From NCBI RefSeq assembly GCF_031769215.1, contig NW_026782000.1, positions 186,001 to 250,000 on the forward strand: 64,000 bases of DNA, read 5' to 3'. This document shows, piece by piece, positions 41,201 to 55,241 of the stretch. The first letter of the stretch is position 1; every line of letters begins with the position of its first letter. The stretch is from Ylistrum balloti. Lineage: Eukaryota. Made by a program: the position numbers and the translations under genes. The notes under the pieces were generated by a model. That model made no database searches. It saw nothing but the letters and a program-made list of their open reading frames with translations, and was not told where the DNA came from.

Positions 41201-41727
41201 CGCGTTTGTCTGCTTTGACAAAAAGGTGGATAAAAATGGCCGTGAATGAGATCATCAGACGACTCGTTTGAGGGGTTTAGCCATGTTTCGGTAAACGCAA
41301 GCACGTCAAAAGTATTCAGTTCAGTAAACAATACATCGATTTTATGAAGGATACTTTGCACGTTATAGTGAACAACACTTATGTCTTCGTCCGCTGTAGT
41401 TGGACCTGGATTGCTTTATACATCTCCACATTGAACAAGAAGATCATATAAGACTACAAGAATGTCTAATAGTAAAATGAAAGTAAGTAAGACATACCAA
41501 TTCTGACTTACTTTACGTGGATGTACCTTTTTAGGACCTCTAGTGATTACACCTATACCGTATAGGAAGATACAAGTGATCATGGGTAAGGCTTTCCATC
41601 CAAAGTTAAGTACCAGGTTTACTGCCAGTACAGTAATTGGATCTAAGCGTTTGTGTAAGGGTAATGTTAGGGATTTGTCATAGAAGGCGCCGGTAAGAGT
41701 TCGGTGGCTTATTACGTCACTCGGCAT
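38299..41727 (-). pseudogene. LINE ORF2: hydrophobic leader, 2A-like motif, AP endonuclease, reverse transcriptase, Cys/His C-terminus; two in-frame TAA stops
   Basis: Track ORFs 41416-41727, 39190-41361 and 38299-39153 are in one frame, broken by TAA at 41416-41418 and 39190-39192. APE motifs FTETWL, GGGVAVY, GTFYRPP, ITGDLND; RT motifs YRPISL, QSGFR, FLDIRKAFDRVWH, GVPQGSILGPLLF, LFADD, HKHLG. Confidence 0.93.
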
Positions 41728-42272
41728 CAGGTAATACCAGATACGTAGGAGAGGTAAGTACTTTTAAACACACCGCCTTCTACGCTTGAGAGTTCAAATA
41801 TAATTTTCAGATGAATAATGAAAAGTTTCACAAAAATTGTATACATGATCAGTACTCGGATGTAATGCGTTCCAATAACAAAAGCAATGAAAACAACAAA
41901 GTGTATATACATATAAAGAAACATATGGAGACATTTTGCACCATGGAGTTGAGATAAGTTAAGTATTCAATATGTACTTGTGCAGCAAAGTTGGCTAGCA
42001 AACGTTCAGAGTTATAAGATTGGTTTCGGTATGTAATATCAATATTTAATTATTAGTTAAAGTTAGTTATAGATATAATGGTTCCTATATCCTACGTCTG
42101 GGTATAATAAGTACAACAACGCTGCCAGTATTCAGCGTTCAGTAGAAACTAGGTTGCAACTCTCTAAAAAAAAGTCCACAGAGAGCTGGTACCGCGGGGC
42201 TTACATGAAACCCGGATACGTAGGGGTAGAGACACTTACGATCGGAATCAGATCGTGTACAAATACATATGG

Positions 42273-43060
42273 TTAATCTGAAATAGAGTCCGTCGATCCA
42301 CCACCGGATTTGGGAGCCGAGTCACGATTCCTATCGACGACATGGCCGTAAGGTACGAGATCGATCTCGCGTCGAATAGAGACTCTTTCACCCGCGAGGA
42401 TTTTCATGAAAATCTTGCCATCAATTGACCAGGTTTGCAATATTTTCTTGGTTTTCACTAAATTCCTTGCGTGGTAAGAGATGGAGTTTCTAATCTTGGT
42501 TAGATCCTCGTTAACCATTATGTGCTTATAACTTGGGATTTCTTTAAAGTGTTTCCTTGCCATCATGAGATTGCGTTTCGCTTCTCGACTAGATAACCTA
42601 GCAATGATCTGTCGTGGTTTATTACTCCTTCTGGGGCCAACACGGTGAGACCTTACAATGTCCTCTGGTCTGAGAACTACCCCTGGGAGTTTGGTAACCG
42701 CATCGAGGATCATTTCCGTTGTATTCTCGACACCATTGGACTCCTCGAATCCAGAGAATCTGACACATTCCCGGCGGCTGTATTGCTCGAGATCATCTAA
42801 TTTATATTTAAGATCGTCATTTTCAGTTTTGAGTGCATTTATTTCAGCTTTAAGAGGCACGATTTCATTATTCACGATACCCTGTATATCATATTTCGGA
42901 CGCTGAGGGCAATGCGCTGGATGTCAAGGTCAGACAGACTGCATGAGGGAGGCTGAGTGCCGGGGGTTGAAGTCATATGAGGTTGGGCAAGACCTTGAGA
43001 GAGGGGCAACATTGGCGATCCTTGGAAGCTGAGTTGCTGAGGAATATAGTTCATAGCCAT
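42273..43060 (-). pseudogene. LINE ORF1 (coiled coil plus RRM/L1-ORF1-like domain), frameshifted near 42885
   Basis: Track ORFs 42872-43060 and 42273-42875 join through a frameshift. Motifs LKTENDDLKYKLDDLEQYSRRECVRFSG, IVRSHRVG, IIARL, VNEDLTK, TWSIDGKIF. The frame probably extends upstream toward about 43200. Confidence 0.85.
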
Positions 43061-44689
43061 GATTGGATTATGGTGTTTACAGTCCGTAGATAGATAGCTT
43101 CCGTTCAGTATAGTGTCACAATGAGATAAAGAATTATCGAGCTTATTTTTTTGGGTGATCTCGACTTTAACGACGACGTGGATTGGTGTGAGCGTTCTCT
43201 TTTACCAGTGTTAATTATAATGCTCATATTACATAGATAGTACACAAATGGTTACGTACACATTCACTAGATTACACAGTACGCGCACTTGGTGAACCAG
43301 AGCACAGGTGAGTTGTTTATCGATCTATTAATAGGCTTCCGAAATCGAACGTACAGGTATTGTGGACATAACTGAAAGTCAATGAACTGTGACCTGAGAG
43401 CCGGTATACAAAATCTTGTAGTGACTTATATTATTAAATACAGACATTTTTACCAACTTTCCTCCGTCAGGAAGCTCCCTCTGTGCTCGATATTTCATCC
43501 ATTGATAAACAATTTAGAATTACGATCGTTACTAACTTAGATAGAAATTGAGAGATATTCCTCAAGTGGCAGCTGTTCCTGCAAAACTGTACATTGTTTT
43601 CTAAAGGACAGTGGCAATATTTATACGTACCAAACGAGAAAATGTCTAACAGTATATACACGAGAGAGAACAAGGCGGAACCACATAAAATTACTTGAAG
43701 TTGCCCCCCACCCCACCACACCCTCCACCCCACCACACCCTCCACCCCCTACCCCTCAATCTCCATCAAGTCAGTTAATTCTTCAGATAATTTCCTATAC
43801 TGCCCAGAAATGTTTATAGATTCTTGTGATACAGATGTTTCGCTACGTCTAATGATAGTGAAATAACGGGTAAAAACTACGGTGATATTATCATCAGCCT
43901 GGCATACCTTTTTACGTTTTAACCAATAAGAACGTTGCTTTCTACTTATTGCAATGAAACATTACCGATTTAACTGTTCGGAAGCAAATGTGTGAACGTG
44001 TTTTACGAAATTTTTGCTGTGTATACTTCAGGCTTTCTTCTTGTTTGATAACACTTATCTTTATAACAGAGAACAACGCAAAACATTAGAATTAGAATAC
44101 TTGTATGTAAAAAGCTACATGTAATCCAAAATGATGCTGTCTGGCTGTTGTAACTCATAGATATCCGATGTCAAAGAATAAGCTAATTTTTGGACAAAGA
44201 TCTACAAGATAATTTATATTGGGCCATATTTTTCTTTACAGATTACTCTTGAAAGATACAATTTAGTCAGCCAAATCCAGTATAATTGATCAATTGAAAA
44301 CTTGAAGACGACGTCCGAAGTTTTAATCAAGGAGAGATCCTGTTATAGACTTTACCTAGAATGCATAAAATAGAAACTTCTGGTTAACCATCAACCACTG
44401 CCCCCTTTCCCACCCCTTCATGAAAAATATGTATCATTGTCCTCTACATTTATCTAATATTTTTTTTATTCTACAAACGGACGCACCTGTGACCAAGCAC
44501 CATGCAACATATACCATCATCTTTAAATTGAATATGTACGTTTTTTTGATAACCAATACAAATTTCGTCACCTCCAAAACCTTACTTACATCAAACAAAG
44601 CAAATAAACACACATAGAATACACATCAGGTGCAATTGTGCCTGCATATGGTTAGTGACAATAAGCATTTGGGGAAATGCATGACTATT

Positions 44690-45440
44690 CCGGTTATATC
44701 AAAATAAGATCGATTTTCTAAGTACTCTAGATACTCAATAATGTACGATATCTAATTTGCAGATATGCTATATAGATCTAGCTAGATCGATTTACAAATG
44801 TCCTGGTTGCATCACAAAACGACAAATATGGCGACTTATTGGATTCAGCCATTACATTTCCCTGTCTATTTGTTGTAAGTATACATATACATTAGCATAT
44901 TTTGTCTATATAAATCAAATAGAAGAAACCGGTATATTTCAAGTTGTTACAACTGTTTAAATCGAACATCGTTCAGTTAACGATTTTGCCACCAAGATAT
45001 CGGCAACTGACTAACACCCAACTCATGGTCTGGAGAGATGCAGGTTGATGGACATTATGGTCGTTATAATAATCTTATTGAGAAATACCGTTTCTTTGTG
45101 TAACGTAGACTGGCCTCAGTCTCTAGAATATTTAATTATGAGCAAATTGAATCTCGTAATTCTGATTTCATGGAGATGTATGGTTCCAGACCTAATTTTC
45201 ACAGGAAAGGGAGATTAGCAAATAAAAATGTAGCTATTTCTTAACGAAACTTTGGGGATTGTAGCCAATCTTAAAAAATAAGAAATCGAGCGTGTTTGAT
45301 GCTCGTTAATACTGTCTGGCTGTTCCATTGTTGTTTAACCTTGCTTTCATTCGAGAACGTGATATTACGTGTTTGGTGTAAGATTTAAATGGAGAAAGTT
45401 GATAAAGCAACAGCCTCTTTCCGTTACGGAACAAGTAGTC
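44690..45440 (+). mobile_element. Decayed Penelope-like RT relic plus 3' tail (second copy at about 50290-51030)
   Basis: AYFVYINQI resembles the PLE RT motif AYGVYISQL. The tail (GCTCGTTAATACTG...GAGAACGTGATATTACG) is shared with 57215-57300. Confidence 0.5.
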
Positions 45441-47669
45441 TTGTCATCAATGTGTCATTTGCAGGAGTCTGCGTGTAAGTTTTCGTTCGTTCAGTATTTG
45501 TCCATAGCTTCATCTATTTTGCATTTGAATTAAGATTTAGATGACAAAATCGGAATTTTCGTTTTCAAAATCACTCCATATATTAAAGCGGTCTAATTGT
45601 GAATGGGCTAGGGGTATCTCCGTCAGTGAATGTGGGCTTGTCCGTAATCCTTTTTAAAAGTAAAATGAACATTATAGATGGATGCATTACATATATTAAG
45701 TGTTCAAGTTCTCATTTCATATGAGAGTTAATGCAATTAATTTTTGCATTTGAGCGGTCATTCATCAATTCTTCGATAAGATTCTACCCATATAACATAA
45801 GAAATGATAACATACCAATGTCCTTTTCATTACATAACACACAATAATATGTTTCCAGCTGACTTTCAAGATATCTAACCGTCTCTGGTTCCATATAATT
45901 ATCCCCAAACCACTGTGTTCCTATTGCCTCGAATGTTTTTCTTACTCTTCCCAGACCACACAATAATTAACTACGTTGCATAAAAACCATCCAAAATCCA
46001 TGTTTTATAAATATATCCTCTCATAATGTTAACAACAACAGGTTCTTTTGATTGAGCTATCTACAAATGATATTACCAGTTATGACAGTACTGTAATAAG
46101 AACACCTTACTCAGATATAATGGTTCTTTTATCTTCGTTATTTCATGTCGTTCGCGTGAAATCAAAATTTCTCGACATGTCAGACAGGATAATTTGTCAA
46201 CACTATTCTAAGAATGACTGCATTTTGATAATAACAAAATATGTTTCATATCACTATATATATCTTGTACAATCACTAATTTTCGGGCATTTATATGAAA
46301 TCTTATCCATGCCGTATCATATCAAGAGTCCTGTGGCTTATAGTTTAGGATTTTGCATTTGAGTCCATGTTGTGCAAAAAATAAACGTAAGTCATAAAAA
46401 TATATTTATTAGAATTAAGCTAGTGTCTGACGACCTTATTTTGGAACAAATGTGATGAGTTTCTTAAATCATTTGTAATGGAAACCAATTGATTAAAATC
46501 CTGTTTATCGCATCATTTATTTTGGTAAGTCATCTCAGCTCCATATGCACGTTCACTTTCCGATATGCTATCTTTCATTAACTGGAATGAAAATAGTTCA
46601 ACATCCTAAAGAGATTGACTCTATGTACTGCTATTTTCAATACACTAGTTAGATTTGTACGACAACTCCGCAGCTAACAGGAAAATGAGATTTATGATAT
46701 AATGAGTGCCATCTAGTACGTGATCATTACAACGTCATTGTATTGGGCATAGAAAAGTCGACGGTTCCCCATCGAAATAACAGTGTCATTTAAGAGACTG
46801 AACTACCGATATTGAATAATTCATTTTAGTTCGAATCAAGTTAAATTTGGAATACTGGGGTAAAATTATGGGAAATATCAATACAGCCATTGAACAGTCT
46901 TCTTTGCGGCATTTATGGTGGACATAATATCACTGTGCTACTACGCAGTACGTTTGCCTGCCAAACTCTGTCATTTAGTACAGCCATAACCACCCCAACC
47001 CCCTTGCTTCCTCGATATATTCAGAACTTCCGATCATTATCGCTCTCTGCATACCCCGAAAACATCAATGCAAAAAATTAAATGGGCTATGTACGACACC
47101 TTGTGGAGAAAACGTGAAGGCTAGTTTGATCCTTTGATGTACATCTAACGAATCTGTAGGTCGCGTAACGGTATAAGGTAATTTTACTATTATATGTCCC
47201 TGAGATGCAGAGAGCAAACGTGATCACCCCTTGATACTAGAAACCACAGGGAGAATGGTTTGTGAAGATGTTCTTGTTTCTTCTATCAATGTCAAAATAA
47301 AAGACAAGAAATTGTACAAAATGTAAGAAGAAATATATTATATTGTCAACAATTTATGTAAATAAACATATATAAAATACAATAAAAAATGTAAGTTACC
47401 ATATCTTATCATAAAACATGGTTGTATTTGGTTTTCACCGGACAATCAGTCAATGCTTCGATTATTTGTCTTGGCGTCTTTTGTTAGAGTAGTACGGATA
47501 CCCGAGAATGAATTTGGCGCGTTCTATTTGTCAACGTCAATGATGATAGGTATGTAAAGTTTGAAAACCAATTACTTCAGGTTCGGAGACACCATTTTGT
47601 CCATCTATTGCAAACTGGATGCGGTTGTCAGCAGAAGAGATTGTTTCGCCTTAGATGTTACATGATAAT

Positions 47670-47969
<300 letters not shown>

Positions 47970-48829
47970 TTAGAAATGAGTATATGATATACACGCACAG
48001 CCGAAGATTCAATACTTAACAGGACTCATAAACGTTTCTTTACAAAGCTGTGGACTATTTTTCAACAAAGGCGGAAACCATGAATTTGACCTTGCATTAA
48101 TCTGAAGCTCTGTATTATGGCCATGTTGTTAAAGAATCAATTGAATAATCTATACATCCGAAACTTGTATGAACATGTTTTGTATACAAGATATCCTAAT
48201 TGTCACATTTTCTTAATAAGAACATAAGAAGAGTATCGTACATTTCTGTATCATAACGATATGCTCATTTATCAGACACTTGAATAGGATTAATGGGATA
48301 CATGGTAAAAGTATACTTTGTTTTCTTATTGTTAGTGCAGTCTTGATGCATGTCTTCAGTCATATTGGCATTTCTTGAAAAATTCGGTACCCCTGGCAAC
48401 GGTACCCATCGTCATAATAAGCTTTTACATGGATCTAGAATACTATCTCACAGAGATTAATGGTCGCGATATCAAAATAAGGCAAACATCAATAACTTGT
48501 CAAAATTTCCTCAGTACACAATTAGATTCCTAGATTCAAATATATCATGCACAATATCTAAAAAGAATTCCCGTATTGACCCAGCTCCGCGGCGCGTTTG
48601 TATACTACAGTGTCCCCGGTACGCAAGTATCATGGGTTAGGCATAACATGTGGCCCCTACTACTATCATGAACATGACCGAGCTGAATAAGAAAACGAGA
48701 AGTTAGTTTAACAGCAGGAATGAAAACTAATTTAAAGAGTAACATATTCGTATTTACCTGTTGTTGTGTTCTTCTAGGCGGTCGACTAGTTTGGCCGGTG
48801 TTTGGTTTTAGAATAATGTTCAGGATAAC

Positions 48830-48976
48830 GGTAGCAACAGACATCTATGGACGCTGTATGCAGAGTTCCCATTGGTTAGATAAAATTTTGTATCGCTATT
48901 TGATTGGTAGTATTTCGGGTATATATCCAAAGTCGTATATCGACCCACAAGCCTCCACTCACTCGATAGCAGACGA
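48830..48976 (-). promoter_or_regulatory. LC8-C promoter module
   Basis: Duplicate of the B module: GGTAGCAAC 48830, ATGGACGC 48847, ATTGG 48871 and 48903, followed by the two distal motifs. Confidence 0.72.
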
Positions 48977-51671
48977 CGCCTCTTCAAACAGTCCGGACAT
49001 CGAACTGTAATTTTAGTAATACTACAAGTCCAACAGTTTATATATATATGTGGTATAATCACATATACGCACGAGACTGATTTTTCACAAACTCGATATT
49101 TCATCCATTGATAAACAATTTAGAATTACGATCGTTACTAACTTAGATAGAAATTGAGAGATATTCCTCAAGTGGCAGCTGTTCCTGCAAAACTGAAAAC
49201 TGTACATTGTTTTCTAAGGGATGACAGTGGCAATATTTAGACGTACCAAACGAGAAAATGTCTAACAGTATATACACGAGAGAGAACAAGGCGGAACCAC
49301 ATAAAATTACTTGAAGTTGCCCCCCACCCCACCACACCCTCCACCCTACACCCCCACCCCTCAATCTCCATCAAGTCAGTTAATTCTTCAGATAATTTCC
49401 TATACTGCCCAGAAATGTTTATAGATTCTTGTGATAAGATGTGATACGTCTAATGATAGTGAAATATAACGGATAAAAACTGCGGTGATATTATCATCAG
49501 CCTGGCATACCTTTTTACGTTTTAACCAATAAGAACGGTGCTTTCTACTTATTGCGATGAAACATTACCGATTTAACTGTTCGGAAGCAAATGTGTGAAC
49601 GTGTTTTACGAAATTTTTGCTGTGTATACTTCAGGCTTTCTTCTTGTTTGATAACACTTATCTTTATAACAGAGAACAACGCAAAACATTAGAATTAGAA
49701 TACTTGTATGTAACAGCTACAGGTAATCCAAAATGATGCTGTCTGGCTGTTGTAACTCATAGATATCCGATGTCAAAGAATAAGCTAATTTTTGGACAAA
49801 GATCTACAAGATAATTTATATTGGGCCATATTTTTCTTTACAGATTACTTTTGAAAGATACAATTTAGTCAGCCAAATCCAGTATAATTGATCAATTGAA
49901 AACTTGAAGACGACATCCGAAGTTTTAATCAAGTAGAGATCCTGATATAGACTTTACCTAGAATGCATAAAATAGAAACTTCTGGTTAACCATCAACCAC
50001 TGCCCCCTTTCCCACCCCTTCATGAAAAATATGTATCATTGTCCTCTACATTTATCTAATATTTTTTTTTATTCTACAAACGGACGCACCTGTGACCAAG
50101 CACCATGCAACATATACCATCATCTTTAAACTGAATATGTACGTTTTTTGATAACCAATACAAATTTCGTCACCTCCAAAAACTTACTTACATCAAACAA
50201 AGCAAATAAATACACATAGAATACACATCAGGTGCAATTGTGCCTGCATATGGTTAGTGACAATAAGCATTTGGGGAAATGCATGACTATTCCGGTTATA
50301 TCAAAATAAGATCGATTTTCTAAGTACTCTAGATACTCAATAATGTACGATATCTAATTTGCAGATATGCTATATAGATCTAGCTAGATCGATTTACAAA
50401 TGTCCTGGTTGCATCACAAAACGACAAATATGGCGACTTATTGGATTCATCCCTTACATTTCCCTGTCTATTTGTTGTAAGTATACACATACATTAGCAT
50501 ATTTTGTCTATATAAATCAGATAGAAGAAACTGGTATATTTCAAGTTGTTACAACTGTTTAAATCGAACATCGTTCAGTTAACGATTTTGTCACCAAGAT
50601 ATCGGCAACTGACTAACACCCAACTCATGGTCTGGAGAGATGCAGGTTGATGGACATTATGGTCGTTATAATAATCTTATTGAGAAATACCGTTTCTTTG
50701 TGTAGCGTAGACTGGCCTCAGTCTCTAGAATATTTAATTATGAGCAAATTGAATCTCGTAATTCTGATTCGTGGAGATGTATGATTCCAGACCTAATTTT
50801 CACAGGAAAGGGAGATTAGCAAATAAAAATGTAGCTATTTCTTAACGAAACTTGGGGGCTTGTAGCCAGTCTAAAAAATAGGAAATCGAGCGTGTTTGAT
50901 GCTCGTTAATACTGTCTGTCTGTCCCGTTGTTGTTTAACCTTGCTTTCATTCGAGAACGTGATATTACGTGTTTGGTGTAAGATTTAAATGGAGAAAGTT
51001 GATAAAGCAACAGCCTCTCTCCGTTACGGAACAAGTAGTCTTGTTATCAATGTGTCATTTGCAGGAGTCCACGTGTAAGTTTTCATTCGTTCAGTATTTG
51101 TCCATGTTTCATCTATTTTGCATTTGAATTAAGATTTAGATGACAAAATCGGAATTTTCGTTTTCAAAATCACTTCATATGTTAAAGCGGTCTAATTGTG
51201 AATGGGCTAGGGGTATCTCCGTCAGTGAATGTGGGCTTGTCCGTAATCCTTTTTAAAAGTAAAATGAACATTATAGATGCATGCATTACATATATTAAGT
51301 GTTCAAGTTCTCATTTCATATGAGAGTTAATGAAATTAATTTTTGCATTTGCGCGGTCATTCATAAATTCTTCAATAAGATTCTACCCATATAACATAAG
51401 AAATGAAAACATACCAATGTCCTTTTCATTACATAACACAGAAACCTTGTTTTTATAGGATTTAAATTTTAAAAAAAAATACATGACAAAAACGGGGATA
51501 GCCGTATTGAATTCATGCGGTAACGCTATTGTTCATGCTATGACATCACCACATATTTCCGTCCTTTCATACGCTCCAGGGTATACCACACTTGTGATAT
51601 CACTAGAGCCAATTCACTGGATAACAGACGAGTATATGGTAAGTATATATACGCATTCAGAATCCAGGTTA

Positions 51672-51720
51672 GTAATGGCAGAGACGTATATAACACATAT
51701 ATATACGTCTCTGGTAATGG
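51672..51720. mobile_element. 35-bp TIR-only transposon remnant flanked by 7-bp direct repeats
   Basis: GTAATGG | CAGAGACGTATATA acacata TATATACGTCTCTG | GTAATGG. Confidence 0.7.
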
Positions 51721-52185
51721 GAATGAAATTCAATCATAATTTCTCTTAATTCAGTATTTTGCTTACAGATTGATAGTAAAAGTTTCATTATTTACACTGC
51801 TAAACAGAACCCAATAATGCACGTATATTGCTATAAGCCGTAAAACGTAATCAATGTTTGATAAATGACAAACACAATTTCTGATTTGATCGCAATATTT
51901 TTATTCTAATGCCTATGTTGTGTAAGATCGTTCATATCAAATAACACTATAAATCAGTAACCTGGATCTGTGTAAACATGTATATTTAACAAAATGCAAG
52001 TAAACAATAGAAACATATTCCTATAATATAAATAGCAAGGAACAACACTGCAGTCTTTGGTCTTCCAGTGGTCAGATATTTCGGTGGTGGCAGTCTACTG
52101 ACATCTGTCTTGTACTGCGTATTTACCACTTTTGCCAAAAACTCCTCCAATGAATGTTGATTGAAAGCATATAAGATGGCGAAGC

Positions 52186-52578
<393 letters not shown>

Positions 52579-52861
52579 TTACAAAAAGTCACGAATTTGA
52601 TCTTGAACTAACCTGAAGCTCCGTAATATGACCACGTTGTTAGAGAATCAATTGAATCATTTATACATCCCCATCTTGTATGAACATGTCTAGTATAAAC
52701 AATATCCTAATTATCACATTGTCTTAACAAGAACATAATAGTATCTTACAGTTCTGTATCATAACGATATGCTCGTTTATCTTGAATGGGTTAAAGACAG
52801 GGCAAATATATACCATGATCTCTTATTGTTAGCTAATTCAATCTTGATTCCGGTCCCCTGT

Positions 52862-52942
52862 GTTACCCCTGGCAACGGAATGGGATTAGACAGGATAAAT
52901 GTATACCACGCTATCCCTTTTTCCGTGGTTGCTATGGGCAAC
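52862..52942. promoter_or_regulatory. Pair of RFX X-boxes in LC8-D intron 1
   Basis: GTTACCCCTGGCAAC (52862-52876) fits GTNRCC-N0-3-RGYAAC exactly; GTTGCTATGGGCAAC (52928-52942) has one mismatch. The homologous GGTACCCCTGGCAAC occurs in B (36301) and C (48386). Confidence 0.65.
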
Positions 52943-53643
52943 AGTATATATATATTTTAATCCCCCGTATACAAATCTTGATGAAGGTCATATGATCAAT
53001 TAAAATATATTTCGATAGCGACCAAAATGCAGAATTGTCAAAGAATGTTTTGACATGTGTGAAAATAAACATTCGACACGGAAAACATTTAAGCACTACC
53101 AAACGTAATATATCTATTCAAATTAGAATAAAAATTGTCTTAAACGTGCAGATATTTAATCTGGATGTAACACAATGTCACACAAATTACGTAATAAGAT
53201 TCTATAGATTAATTCTAAAAGAACCTAATGCCCTATGACCTTTCTTATCTCAGTGTCATGCTACCATCTTTTTTGTCATTTAAAAAATACAGAACATTTT
53301 CTGTTTTACTTCATTTAAGTTGATTAATTTATTCAAATAAGTATTAAAACACAACGCAAAAAATAAATACATCAACTGCGACTCTCTTCCAAAATGTAAA
53401 TATTTTCTGCGGTAACAAGCATAGCTACATGTGGCGGGCGACATTTCATCACATGTATTTTGACCTATTTAAACAACATGGGACCATCACCATAATTCAC
53501 ATATATATATTTAACTGCATATTTAAGATATATAATAGATAATCAATCCACACATACCTGTATTTTTCTTGTTTTCCTAAAAATAAACCACCTCGCTTCG
53601 TCTCACAGATATTTGTGGATTATGTCTATGAGAGGTAAGGAGA

Positions 53644-53784
53644 GTTGGTAGCAACCGACATACACATGGACACAGTATACGACGTTTTCATTGGGCATAG
53701 TGTGTTTTTTTATTGGCAGCATTACTGGCACATAGCAGTGTCGTATATCGACCCATAATCCTTTACTTCATTCGTAGCAGACGA
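53644..53784 (-). promoter_or_regulatory. LC8-D promoter module
   Basis: GTTGGTAGCAAC 53644, ATGGACAC 53666, ATTGG 53690 and 53712, GTCGTATATCGACCCATAA 53740, TAGCAGACGA 53775. Confidence 0.72.
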
Positions 53785-55241
53785 TATTACCTGAGCGAGC
53801 AGTGTTACTTCGATCTAGCGTACCGTATTTTATAGGGAATGAATCACTTGTGCAATGTTACCTGTTATGTGAATATATTTTATTTCAACGTTATCTATGG
53901 CACAAGGAAACACATTTTTGTAATAAATAGCAAAGATATATTTTCAAATATGTTACACATCAATGGATGTTGTTTAAGGTCGATATTCTAATGCGTGAAT
54001 ATGCGCCTTGGCATTTAGAATCGTTACTTAAATTATTTTTATTACATAGTTATACACAAGTGCATTCATATGCCGTAACATCAACTTCATTAACATTAAT
54101 TATCATTAATTTCATTAACTTCATCTAAAATGTGTTTCGTAACATTTGAATCAGTACCAGTAGACGACTTATCTCGGAGTGTGACGTGCAATTGTTTTCT
54201 TTGCGATAACTTCTACGCACAGTGTCCAGAGTGCAAAACGTACCTAGATTTGTGTAAAAGAGTTTTGATATTTCAATCATCATCTTACATACAACAACTT
54301 GAGGTGTTTATTTTGTCCGCTATAAAGGGCCTTCGGCGTCTATCGGCCGAATAGATTATCGAGACACCTAAATTTACATAACCGCTCTTAGATTTTTAAC
54401 TTTGTATTTGTTTTATGTTCTATGTATGTAATGTAATTTACGTAATATTGATGTCTTGATGTTTTTGGGTTAGTGCACCTCCCTATATAATTTTTGACAT
54501 TTACGATTAATTTCGGTGTTCTTCAATTCTCTTATATATTTCTAAAAACTACAAAAATGAGTAAATAAATCAAATCATTTTTTTCCATCACGAGTTTTGT
54601 TATGAGCGATAATTATACGACCAATTAAAGTTTATCATCATTTCAGTTTTTATCCACAGTAAGCTTATATAAATCCAAAAATCCACAAATCAGTAGTCTT
54701 TGGTAATGCAATATTCAATATATTCAATAAAACTTACTTTTCTGAATATCTCGCAACCACCATTGGGAAATACGAATTCTTCTAAAACACATGGTTGACT
54801 TGTTTCTTATATCTTTTTACTTTGTTTTCCTGTTTGTCTTATAAGCTTCCTATTTCATGGTAAAGTAACTATCTTATTGATTAAAGTTTTGTTTAGATTT
54901 GTCTAATTTCATGAACTACAACTACAATTAGGCGGGAATGTATAAATGTCTGGATAAGTGTAAGTGTTGCATGTCAAAGTTCGTCTACCCACTCAAACCT
55001 TGGCTATAGTGGCATATGCTTCAAATAGATAAAATATTATTCACTTATTCTCTAAATCTCATTTACATTTTATTTGATTTATATATTTCATGAAACATCA
55101 AAATGCCATAAATACTTCATTGTTTTGACTGGTGTTAAAACGTGTTAAAAGCAGAGGAATGTCTCTGATATTTCGTCTGCTTACACATAACTGTATGAAT
55201 CCATCAGTCGTCAAGGGATGTTGGTTTCTATACATAGCTTG

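Larger units (their letters stand above)
36996..43485 (-). mobile_element. Full-length CR1-group (APE-RT) non-LTR retrotransposon, disabled
   Basis: 10-bp TSD CTCGATATTT (36986-36995, 43486-43495), present once at the empty site 49092-49101. Contains ORF1 and APE-RT ORF2. The 3' end is AATAAAATATTGTTTAAACTAAACTAAA, with a ~1.3-kb 3'UTR. Confidence 0.95.

Noticed and set aside
41416-41418. Programmed read-through or recoding of the TAA inside the 2A motif
   Set aside because: The same copy has another nonsense codon and a frameshift, so ordinary decay is the simpler explanation.
54130-54354. Cys-rich ORF (CNCFLCDNFYAQCPECK) as a zinc-finger gene
   Set aside because: Short and without splice context. 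It may be a transposase C-terminal relic, but I cannot support a call.
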